This document shows, piece after piece, positions 11,334-22,388 of a stretch of 64,000 nt of DNA (its first letter is position 1; every line of letters begins with the position of its first letter). The position numbers and the translations under genes were made by a program. The notes beneath the pieces are model-generated. The model saw only the letters and a program-made list of their open reading frames with translations, had not been told where the DNA came from and did no database searches. Source of the stretch: Mustelus asterias (Eukaryota); assembly GCF_964213995.1 (NCBI RefSeq), contig NC_135812.1, forward strand, positions 79,670,001 to 79,734,000. The letters are read 5' to 3'.

Positions 11334-11391
11334 ATGGCTGTACAAATATTCCACCTTCTTCAGATTCTTTTTGTTCTTGTGATTGCTGCAG
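11334..11391 (+). CDS. cd7: CD7-like gene exon 1, signal peptide MAVQIFHLLQILFVLVIAA
   Basis: Kozak-like AGCATGG, 19 hydrophobic codons plus 1 nt, then CAG|GTAGGA donor. Phase 1 joins the V exon to give ...VIAA-DSRIFQSP. Confidence 0.85.
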
Positions 11392-12037
11392 GTAGGACAT
11401 GGCTTTTCTGTGAAATCTTTGAAATGTTTGACAATGGGAGTTTATTGGTACAAATGCTGGCATATCTTCAGCATAAAAATAATTCTGAAGATCCACTTTA
11501 TAATATATACTAGACTAGACTAAAATTGCCTGAGACACTCAATTTGTCTTTGAAATTCTCCTATGAAACATCTGCCTCCCCTTCTAACTTCAGGTTTAAA
11601 ATTCTCCTTGAAATTTAACTCCTCTAATCACACTTTGCCTAATCTCTGCTGACTGCTCTCTTGGTGTTCAAGTTCCTTACCACTCTGTAGAGCATTGCAT
11701 AACATTCTAATGTATTTCTATGTTAGAAGTAATTCATAGAAATGCAAGCTATTGTTCTTTTATGTGGCAATGTGATACCTTTAATTGTCGTTTTGATTTA
11801 AGTTTAGAATGATGAAACAAATGCATCAAAGTAATTGTTACTTAGATAGTAAAAGTAAAGTAGTATAATTAAAATACTTGCCAGAACAGCATTGAACGAA
11901 TGAGTATCTCCACGTAATTCAGAAGTTTAAACAAAGGACTTGATGCGACCAACCTGAGGGAGGGGGGGGGGGGGGGGCGGGGTGATGTGGTGATAGCTTA
12001 TTAAATATGAAAATTGCATTCAGCAGATATTGAGCAA

Positions 12038-13303
12038 CCATAGAACATAGAACAAAGAACACTACAGCGCAGTATAGGCACTTCGGCCCTCGATGTTGTG
12101 CCGACCAGTGGAACCAATCTAAAGCCCCTCTAATCTACACTATTCCAATATCATCCATATGTTTATCCAATAACCATTTGAATGCTCTTAATGTTGACGA
12201 GTCCACTACTGCTGCAGGCAGGGCATTCCACGCCCTTACTACTCTCTGAGTAAAGAACCTACCTCTAACATCTGTCCTATATCTCTCACCCCTCAATTTA
12301 AAGCTATGTCCCCTCATGCTAACCATCACCATGCGAGGAAAAAGGCTCTCACTGTCCACCCTATCTAATCCTCTGATCATCTTGTATGCCTCTATTAAGT
12401 CACCTCTTAACCTTCTTCTCTCTAACGAAAACAACCTCAAGCCCCTCAGCCTTTCCTCATACGATTTTCCCACCATACCAGGCAACATCCTGGTAAATCT
12501 CCTCTGCACCCTTTCCAACACTTCCACATCTTTCCTGTAATGCGGCGACCAGAACTGTACGCAATACTCCAAATGCGGCCGCACCAGAGTTTTGTACAGT
12601 TGCAGCATGACCTCCTGGCTCCGAAACTCAATCCCTCTACCAATAAAAGCTAACACACCGTACGCCTTCTTAACAACCCATCAATCTGGGTGCCAACTTT
12701 CAGGGATCTATGCACATGGACACCCAGATCCCTCTGTTCATCCACACTACCAAGTATCTTACCATTAGCCCAGAACTCTGTATTCCTGTTACTCCTTCCA
12801 AAGTGAATCACCTCACACTTTTCCACATTAAACTCCATTTGCCACCTCTCAGCCCAGCTCTGCAGCTTATCTGTGTCCCTCTGTAACCTGCCACTTCCCT
12901 CCGCACTGTCTACAACTCCACCGACTTTAGTGTCATCCGCAAATTTACTAATCCATCCTTCCACGCCCTCATCCAGGTCATTAATAAAAATGACAAACAG
13001 CAGTGGCCCCAAAACAGATCCTTGCGGAAAACCACTAGTAACTGAACTCCAGGATGAATATTTCCCATCAACCACCACCCTCTGTTTTCTTACAGCTAGC
13101 CAATTCCTGATCCAAACCACGAAATCACCCTCAATCCCATGTGCCCGTATTTTCTGCAAAAGCTTACCATGGGGAACCTTATCAAACACTTTGCTGAAAT
13201 CCATATACACCACATCAACCGCTTTACCCTCATCCACCTCTTTGGTCACCTTCTTAAAAAACTCAATAAGGTTTGTGAGGCACGACCTACCCTTCACAAA
13301 ACC
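12038..13303 (-). mobile_element. Young 5'-truncated CR1 LINE
   Basis: ORFs 12650-13312 and 12135-12656 (YMDFSK, PQGSVLGP, FADD) separated by one frameshift; TTCTATG tail. Confidence 0.95.
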
Positions 13304-13399
13304 AGGTTTCATAAACTAAGCAATTTTTAATATTCTCATATTTTAATGCTTCAATGGTTAATTTTCAGATCTATTGTTTGCGATTAGAGACATCCAATA

Positions 13400-14640
13400 T
13401 TAGCTTATTGATATTTGGTTATTTGATTGAGGGTCTTTCGGATTTTGAGAACAACTATTAAGTTAGAGAGAAACTTTTCCTGTTGTTGAGAAAGTCCAAG
13501 ACAAGTTTGCGTTGCATAAAATCAGAGCCAAACTATTCAAGAGAAAAGTTAGGAAATGTTTCTTCATGCGCAGAGTAGAAGGATAGGATAGGTTGAATAG
13601 ACTTGGCTTGTTTTCATTGGAGTTTAGATGAGTGAGGGGTGACTTGATTAAGCTATATAAGATTCAGGCTGATCCTGACAAGGTCGATGTGGACAGGATG
13701 TTTCCTTTTGTGGGTGAGTCCAGAACTAAGGGGCACTGTTTTAAAATTAAGGGTCAGCCTTTTCGGACAGAGATGAAGAAAAACTTTTGCTCTCAGATGT
13801 TTGTGTGATTTTGGACCTCTTTGCCTCAGAACACATTGGAAGATGGGTCACTGAATATTTTCAAGGCAGAGATAGATAGAGACCGCGATTCTCCCATCCC
13901 ACTGCACTACAAATGAAGCGCAGTGGGCTGGGAGATTCTCACACCGAACGATTCATGAGGTTGCGCAAGCATTCACGTCCCACTTGCATCTCCCAGCGCC
14001 GGACTTCCGGTGGTGTTTGCTCTGTGCTGGAAATTGGCAGGGAGCTGCAAAGGTCACTTACATGGTCATTGTAATAGAATTTAAATACGATTAGCGGGCA
14101 CAGGACTGAAGTCTCCAGGCCCGCTAGCATCTCCTACCCCGCCAGAGTATTCCACTCCAGTGAGGATTACAGTAGCTCACCACTAATATGGAACCAGTGG
14201 CCCAACCCCGCTGGAGTGAAGGGGGTGCAATCGGGGCCCCCTAGATGCACGGTGGTCGGGCGGTGGGGTGGGGGTGCCCCCTGGGCATTGGCACGCTGGC
14301 AGTGCCAGCCTGTGCCCCCGGCACTGCCCAAGGGACAAGGTACATGGGGCATGGGACAGTGGCCTCTGCAGTGCACAGAGTGTGGGAGATTCTTCTCTGG
14401 AAAAAACAGTGTGAATTACTCCAGTTTTCACGCAAATTCGGCACTTAGAATTCTTTTGAGAGAATTCCGCCCAGAATCTTGCAAGATTTTAAGATCTTGC
14501 AAGAGGCCAGAGAACTAAATGCTACTGGGGGTAGTTGGGAATGAGGAACTTGAAACACAAAGAGACCAACCACGATCTTGTTGAATGGCTGAAAAGGCTC
14601 AAGGGGTCAAATGGTCTACTTTCTGTTCCTATTTTGCATG
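13400..14640 (+). mobile_element. Old tandem CR1 3' fragments, the second interrupted by a MITE
   Basis: RGDL/TKGH-like coding remnants to 13880; 3' UTR resumes after 14475. Confidence 0.6.
13881..14472 (+). mobile_element. GC-rich MITE (PIF/Harbinger type)
   Basis: Imperfect TIRs GACCGCGATTCTCCC / GAGAGAATTCCGCCC, 3-bp flank AGA on both sides, terminal hairpin. Confidence 0.7.
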
Positions 14641-15542
14641 CTCATGACAAATGTTGGATTCTCACCTACAAAAAGCAGTAAGCACGAGCTTAATTAATAG
14701 TTTAAGATCTGAGGTCGATAGATTTTGGATGGGTAAGGGAGTAAATGAATATGGAGCCAAGAGATGTGGATGCAGTTAAGATGCAGATCAACCTTGATCT
14801 CACTGAATGGCAGAACACAAATTTGGCTTGGATTGAGAAGAGTCAATCTCCCACTTTCGGGTATACCCTGGTTGCTTGAATGACATTTAGAGGGTTTAAT
14901 GGTTTTCTGCTGAAATTCTGTGCACACAACGACTTCTTGCTGTTTTAGCAGCCATCAAAATAGCTTCCTCATCACGTGGCGTGTACAGGTTCAAAGTCCC
15001 TTTTTGACAAAAAGGGGTGGCACGTTGATTATATCTCTTGCATTGTTGTTTGAAATTCATCCAGCCTTGTTTGGATGAGGGGGTCGTCATATTGCAATGG
15101 AAGGTTGAGGGTGTACACACATTGGGGGCAGTTTTCCCGTCTCGTCCACCAAGGGAATCTCAGCGGGCGAGGGTGCGGACCATGCAAAGGTCCATTGACC
15201 TTGGGTGAGATTTTCCAATTTTGGGGTGAACACGGTCAGAAAATCCACCCATTGAATTCAGCTGTTTCTTCTGTTCATGGTGAAACAGAAACATGGGCTT
15301 GTTGGAATGTTATAGTTCTGTTCATGATCATCCAGACTCAAACATGAGGATGTGTGAATTCCCCAGATGACCGCGAAATTGTGAATGTGTAATATTTATT
15401 TAGATATTTGTATGAGCTTCAGGACTATTTAGAGCTAAAAATGCAAAACATTCACATGATTTGCAGCAGCCATTTTAATAGTCTGTTCGCAAACAAAATT
15501 TTAAGTTACTGTCTTAAACTTCATAATATACTGGAACATGAT

Positions 15543-16454
15543 TGTAAGAGGAATTTTCTTAGGTATCCCCTGGGGTGCTCTGTAGTTGTTGAATCTCACT
15601 CAACCAATACATAGACTGCGAAAGACAGTGTATAGTTAAAGAATGAAAAGGAATTTATTTGCTAATGCATGCATCAGGAGAAAGACACAGTCAATGAGGG
15701 TTGACTGTCGACTCCGAGCTAATATTGCTAGGTAAAATTATTATATTATTCTGAGTATTTCAATATCCCACCCAGTCTTGTCAATCAGACTAGAGGGCCC
15801 AATCACTACATCACACATTATTACCTCAGCCAATAACATTCCACTTGTCAACAGGAATAGGAGATTATTAACTTAGTGTCCATGTAGATTCCTTTCCCTT
15901 TACCTAGGAAACCTAACCCATATCATTACCAGTAACCAAGGCCATTATTAACATCTGTGATTTTTAATTGGTGAAAGGAGTCACTCTTTCACTGGAACTG
16001 GGGCATCCTTTCTCAGCTTGAGAGACTGCTCCAGCCTTGCTACCCATGAACAAATTTACTCCCTTAAATAGCAGGTCTATGATTAAACTTGTTTTTGTGT
16101 ATCCAAAAACAGATATGAGAAGCTGCCTTTCTGTGCTCCATTGTATTAACAGAATTTAGTCTGTCTACCACTATGTTTCCCATCATGCTGCATTCAGAAC
16201 GAAGTGTGCCAAGGCGCACAATACATATATATTGAAATTACAGTTTAAGCTTACAATACTTGGTTAATTTGTGGTTGCACAGTTTATAATATCTTTGCAG
16301 TTTATAATACCTTTGTAGTATGTTTTGTTTCAGGCACATTGTGAATTCTTATTATACATAAAAGGCACTTTGTAATTACCTTAACCTAGTCTATTTATTA
16401 TAGCAAAACTAAAATGAATGGCCTGATACTAGAATTCTATACTACCCCCCATCA
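15543..16454 (-). repeat. ERV 3' LTR (912 bp)
   Basis: Minus strand runs TGATGGGGGG...CTTACA. AATAAA near 15654-15659, TATA-like run near 15740, CCAAT boxes near 15800 and 15830. Confidence 0.93.
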
Positions 16455-16473
16455 GTCCCTGCTTTTGGCCCTT
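16455..16473 (-). promoter_or_regulatory. Polypurine tract
   Basis: AAGGGCCAAAAGCAGGGAC directly before the TG of the 3' LTR. Confidence 0.75.
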
Positions 16474-16496
16474 GGCTATAGCCTAAGATAAAGCCA

Positions 16497-17705
16497 CTAA
16501 ATAGAAGTGTCCCAATACTTGTTCCTGTGTCCTGAAGGAAGACTGGTCCCTTCGTATCCTTGCTTGCTCAACTTCACTGCCATCACTGGTACTACCCCTT
16601 CTGTGGACTTGGACAACCTTGCACAGGCACACTTAACTACATTGACAAACACCATCAGTGCCAAGATCACCATGAAGAATATTGCAATCCCTTGTAGGAT
16701 TGATGTTCCCAAGGAGCCTAACTACCGAAGGTAAATGGTTCAAGGTCTTTGAGTTTCTCCACCTCTTTCCTGCTATGATTAACCAGATTAGTTATGTTTT
16801 CTGAACTATCTAGTATGTCCGTGCAACACCCTGATCTAATCACTGCACAAGTCCCACCCCTTGTCGCCAAGACTTAATCCAATGCCAATCTGTGATGAAG
16901 TACCACAGTGCGCATGGCTACTATCTCATCATTAACCTTAGCAAGGGCAGTTGCTGTATCATTGGTGACTTGTTCCAAAATGGAGTGTAGAACCAGAAAT
17001 TCACGCATCGCTTTAGCTACTCCATATTGGGGAAATAATATGCCAAAGAACCATTCTGTTTCTGTAACAGCCTGTCGATATCTTGGCAGAGGAGGGAGTT
17101 TAGGAGTGTGATATATGTATGGGATTACATATCCAAGGTAACATGACACCTTCCATCCGACAGGGAGCCAAGGATATGCCCTATCCCCACAAATCCAATA
17201 TGTTCCATTGAGAGTTGGGTAAGTGTTTCCTCCTCTAAAGCAATAAGAAATATTGCAAGATTGGTCATTACTGGGTGGACTCAGGCATAGCCACATGGTT
17301 CAATCTACCATGTGTTCACATTCACTCATGCCCAAGTTCTCCCCTTGGCCTTCCATATTTCTAGCACAATATATCCCTTTTGGTTTTGGTGTTGGCTGTT
17401 TTAAAACTAAACTAGGAGCTGGTTCCCCGAGGTTATAGATAGGTGTACATATGTTTATATGACCTAACTTCCCTGCACAAGACTCACTGTTAAGAAATTC
17501 TTTCCTTACCTCTCTACTGATTCCCCCTCCTGCATGTATGGGGATGTGTGAACAATGTGCTAGTCAATCTAGCATATGTGTGTGCCCATATATAAGTATT
17601 AACATGTACCTCCCGAGGGGAACGCTGAAGAACCTCAGTTGCTGGTCCCACCTGAGTCAAAATCTGTACATTCAATATTAAAAAGATATAATCACATGCA
17701 TTCAT
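16497..17705 (-). pseudogene. env: Retroviral env, gamma-type TM subunit, disrupted
   Basis: Signal-like MNACDYIFLILNVQIL, NGTYWICG..AYPWLP..W..SCYLG, decayed furin site RYRQ, fusion peptide WFFGILFPQYGV, ISD LHHRLALD*VLATRGGTC, CX6CC (CAVIRSGCC), TM GIAIFFMVILALMVFVNVV; contains stops and frameshifts. Confidence 0.92.
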
Positions 17706-18023
17706 TATAGCAGTCTCTGCAACTTCTGTCTTCCAATCAAACACAATTGTTGATCAATGTCAGGTAATCATACAGCTTGTTTACGAAACTTGCACAATCA
17801 CCGCGCCACACTTTGCACGCACTCGCCACTTGACTTGTTTCTGCGTTGGGGGATGTCCGGTCAATCTTTATTGGAGCTGTGCCTTGATTGTAGCTGTGGC
17901 AGGTCAGAGATCTTCTGTGTGCATAATCTGTAATAGAATCCAGATGGCCTCGTGACCTTAAATTTAGCAATCAGAATAAATTCGGTCCAATCAGATTCTC
18001 TCCACTTCTACTATTATATTAAA

Positions 18024-19530
18024 TCATTCAGTCGCTGGGTCAGGTTCGCTATCTTGGGGCTTACCACCAGGGTACAGCCTTAACTGAGTCCAGTGTCTCC
18101 AGGGCAGGCCGCACTTCTCATCAATTAGGGCACATGTCTGCCCTGTAACCACCACATCAAAAGACCCTTCCCGGCAAGTTGCTAGCCCCTTTTTGTCTGT
18201 CATGAGTTTCACCATTACCTTATCTCCTGCCAATTTAGTCCAATCTCCATGCTGCTGTTGCGTGATCACCTGCTTTTTGAGAAAATGTAGATTGTGTATT
18301 GGATCCCTCCATATTCAATTCACCCTCTCCGCCATCCCTCAACTCTGAGAGTGATATGGTATGTGAAACCTCTGCTTTATTCCCAACATACGACAGATCT
18401 CTTTCAAAACTCTGCCCGTGAATGAGTTCCCTGATCAGAATCCAGCTGAAGAGGCATTCCCCACCTGGGAATTATCTCATTTGGTAATATCACAGCTACT
18501 GTTGAAGCTGTGGCATCTTTACATGGGAATGCTTCAACCCATTGGTCTACAATTACTAAACAGGACGCTTTCCCTGTACCCGTGGTAACGGCCCTGTAAC
18601 ATCCATTTGTAAATTTTCCCAGGGTCCTTTGGGTCTGGGTTGACTTCCCATTTTAATCTTGCAGGGATGTCCTGCCACCACTAGGGTGCACTGCAGACAC
18701 CTCTGACAATACTAACATTTCTTCAATAAATCAAGCATTCTGTCCCTGCTCGTGTGTGCTGTTCCGTGATAAATCTTCAGCAGCGAATGCTGTTTACTTT
18801 AGGAACTATTATTTTCCCTTCTCTCCTCCATATTCCATCATGACCTCATCATCCTCCATCTTTTTTCCATTACTCCTTTTCCTCTTCATCTGCTTGTTCC
18901 TGCACTTGTTTTACATCAATATCTGGATTGTCCTCAACTGCTACAACTGCTAATCCTACAGGCTGTGTCCACTCCCAGTCCTGTTTTACTAAGGCCTTTG
19001 CTGCCTGGTCGGCAAAATGATTTCCTTGCTGTGCTTTATTCTCAATTTTCCTGTGAGCTTGAACTTTTATTACTGCTGCTTCTAAACGAACACTGGATGC
19101 CTGGAGTAAATTCCTGAGTATGCGGGCTATGGAGGATCATTTTTCCCATCAAAGTGAGGGGCTCCAACACACTGACCGCCCACGAGGCACAAGCTAGTGC
19201 CCTCACACACCGATGCATCCCTTTGGCAACTGAGTAACTGAGCGGAGTGATACTCTATCAGTCTCAATCATTCCCCATGCTGCTGAGCAACTACAGCTGC
19301 CTATATTCCATCATTTTCCTCACAAAAAATGTGTAACGGTTTGGTGACCAAAGCTGGGGCTGTCACCAAAGCCTGCTTCAAATCTGAAAAAGCCTGTATT
19401 TCTGCATCTCCCCACTCTATATTTCCCTGACGAGCCCTTCCTCCCTTTATCAAGTCCTGTAAGAGCTTTACCACTCGGGCACAATCTTCCACAAAATTCC
19501 TATAATAGTTAAGAAGTCTTCAATGCTTGT
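18024..19530 (-). pseudogene. pol: Retroviral pol remnant: RT thumb/connection, RNase H C-terminus, integrase
   Basis: LLNYYRNFV..IEWGDAEIQAFSDLKQALVTAPAL; VIKVQAH..GNHFADQAAK; HHCC (YHGTAH..CQRCLQC); PWENLQMDVTGPLP, WVEAFP, EIIPRWGMPLQLDSDQGTH; C-terminal GDKVMVK..WRHWTQL. No protease or YxDD seen. Confidence 0.9.
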
Positions 19531-20830
19531 CTTACCCCTTTTCCGATGAAAAGCCTTTGTACACAAACAAACTTTCCCCGGTCCTCTGGAAACTATCTTT
19601 TTTTCCCGAATACTATAACCTCATAACATCTTTGAAATAGAAATCAAACCTTTCAATTTGATCCCAGGCCATAACTTATTTTAATTGTTTGTCCTTATCT
19701 TAAATAACATCATTTTATTAAGGTAACTTGCTTACAGCGCATTTTCTTATGTCAGAATCATCCCAAACTCAGAAAACAGTGTTTTGGGCTTTCAACTGCC
19801 CTTTAGTGTCTCTCTTATCTCTTCTTTCCTTTAAGAAAACTTTGTTCCTTCATCTATAGCTATCACCTAAACTGCGTTCTACTTCCGAGAATCCCTTTAA
19901 ATGTCTCTCTTGTATCCAATGAATCCCACTTTTAATTCTGTCCTCCTCTGTTTACTATCAGCTCCTTTATAACGTATCTTTTATTATCCTGTTCATTTTC
20001 CTTTCTCATTTATTCCACTGAATTATTTCCCTCATCTTTAATCATATTAATCTGTCAATTTGGTGTTATAGGTGGGCTCTCCCTTTTAGCCCTTCTGGCA
20101 TCTAATGCAGCTTTCAACCTTCCCATATTCAAAATTTACAACAGGGTGTGCTTTGTGTTCAAAACTACTTCACCAGTTTTGTGGTTGATTCACTACTTTG
20201 CATATCCATGTCACATATTTTAACTAGAATGCATTATGGCAGTATAATAATTCCCATCATTAAACACGCACTCCCATTCTATCTTATGCAATTCTCCTTT
20301 CTGTTAGATTTTTGATTTTATGTCTTAAAACTACTTCAAATCTTATAACACAAAGACCCATCCTGTCTGGGACAGAAAGGATTAAATCTCTGCTTGTTTT
20401 ATCAGGGGCGGAGTAAATTCGCTCAGATTGACATCTTCACTTCAAACACTCCGGAATGATTCTTTCCATTTATCTTTTCATTGTCAGTTCTATCAAGAAT
20501 ACATTTTCGAAAGTAACAACAATCTTGATCCAGATTAATCCAAAATTAAATCTATTTTTATCACTTTTAAATATCCCTACTAAATTAAAACTTCTACACT
20601 TACTTACAATCTCTCCAGTTTAGCTCAAAATTTGCATGATTAATTATTTATACAACTTTACCTCCATAACCAACACAGGCAAATGCAAAATCAAATCAAC
20701 TGTGTGCCTAAATGGTTAACTCTCCTGACAACTTTTCAGACGTTTTCACCATCTTGGAATTGATTTTCCTTTCCCAACATGGCAGAGCTCAAATCTCTGG
20801 CGGATTCCTATTCTTGAAAATGACCATGAA
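19531..20830 (-). pseudogene. Probable gag remnant
   Basis: Lies between leader and pol and is A-rich on the minus strand like the rest of the coding region; no motif could be read confidently. Confidence 0.4.
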
Positions 20831-21433
20831 TTGTACAGTTATATCCTCTCTCTCTCTCTATGCCATACACAGCGAGTCCGTCCTGCTTTTAACCCTTTAT
20901 TCCCCTCTTTGGTCTATGACGTTTTAGACCAACCAATTTAACCTGTCTCTCTCTCTCTCTCTCACAGAAGACCTGTACTCCTGGGACCTCTCCCTGCCAG
21001 TTCTCTCACATGGCCTTGTCCCACCTCTACCTCTGGAATGCCTCCCTGTGAGTTCCTTGCACCCGAGCCAGCCGCCGTCTGTACACATGTCTAGCCACTT
21101 GACGCTTCTCTAGCTACGTGGCTTTTTTGGTTCCGCTGCATAGGAGTGCATGAGAGTCCGTCCCCAGCCCCGCTATGTTTAAACGTAGCTTCTCTGCAAA
21201 CGCCCCTTCTACCCACGCAGCTTTTCGCTCTGCTCCGTAGGTGATCTGAGAGTCCGTCCCTGGCCCCTCCATGTTAAGCATGGGCTCTTTACATATACAC
21301 CGCTTTTGCACCTCTACCCCAGTCTGAGTTACTCAACTTACGGCTTCCGTAGCCCCCTAACTACTGGGTGGTATTTAAAGAAAACACTCACCCACCTTTT
21401 GGGAACATGTCTCGCCACCGGTCACCGGTGAGT

Positions 21434-21451
21434 ACCCTGCTCGCAGCACCA
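21434..21451 (-). promoter_or_regulatory. Primer binding site, tRNA-Ser type
   Basis: TGGTGCTGCGAGCAGGGT, 3 nt from the 5' LTR; 16/18 complementary to the vertebrate tRNA-Ser(UGA) 3' end as recalled (ACCCUGCUCGCUGCGCCA). Confidence 0.8.
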
Positions 21452-21454
21452 AAT

Positions 21455-22388
21455 TATAAGAGGAATTTTCTCAGGTATCCCCTGGGGTGCTCTGTAGTTG
21501 TTGAATCTCACTCAACCAATATATAGACTGCGAAAGACAGTATATAGTTAAAGAATGAAAAGGAATTTATTTGCTAATGCATGCATCAGGAGAGAGACAC
21601 AGCCAATGAGTGTTGTCTGTCCTCTCCGAGCTAATATTGCTAGGTAACATTGTTATATTATTTTGAACATTTCAATATCCCACCCAGTCTTGTCAATCAG
21701 ACTAGAGGGCCCAATCACTACATCACACATTATTACCTCAGCCAATAACATTCCATCTGTCAACAGGAATAGGAGCTTATTAGCTTATTGCCCATGTAGG
21801 TTCCTTCCCCTTTACCTAGGAAACATAACCCATGTCATTACTCGTAACCAAGACCATTATTAACATCTGTGATTTTTAATTGATGAAAGGAGTCACTCTT
21901 TCACTGGAACTGGGGCCTCCTTTATCAGCTTGAGAGACTGCTCCAGCCTTGCTACCCATGAATGAATTTACTCCCTTAAATAGCAGGCCTATGATTTAAA
22001 CGTGTTGTCGTGTATCCAACAACAGATAACAGAAGCTGCCTTTTTGTGCTCCATTGTATTAACAGAATTTGGTCTGTCTACCACTGTGTTTCCCATCATG
22101 CTGCATTCAGAACAAAGTTGGCCAAGGAGCACAATCCATATGTATTGAAATTATAGTTTAAGCTTATAATACTTGGTTAATTTGTGGTTGTACAGTTTAT
22201 AATACCGTTGCAGTTTATAATACCTTTGTATATTTTGTTCCAGGCACATCGTGAATTCTTACTATATATATAAGGCACTTTATAATTACCTTAATCTAGT
22301 CTACTTACAGTAAAACTAAAATGAAGGGCCTCATACTAGAATTCTATACTACACCCCCCCCCCCCCCCCCCCACCCCCCTCCCAATCA
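21455..22388 (-). repeat. ERV 5' LTR (934 bp)
   Basis: Direct repeat of 15543-16454 (hand count about 15 mismatches in the first 230 nt), immediately followed on the minus strand by the PBS. Confidence 0.93.

Larger units (their letters stand above)
15543..22388 (-). mobile_element. Defective endogenous retrovirus (LTR-gag-pol-env-LTR), antisense in CD7-like intron 1
   Basis: Two direct repeats of about 0.9 kb, 5-bp TSD ATGAT (15538-15542 and 22389-22393), PBS, PPT, and recognisable RT-connection, RNase H, integrase and env remnants in retroviral order. Confidence 0.95.

Noticed and set aside
16497-17705. Domesticated syncytin-like env
   Set aside because: Stop in the ISD, frameshifts, SU deletion and a mutated furin site.
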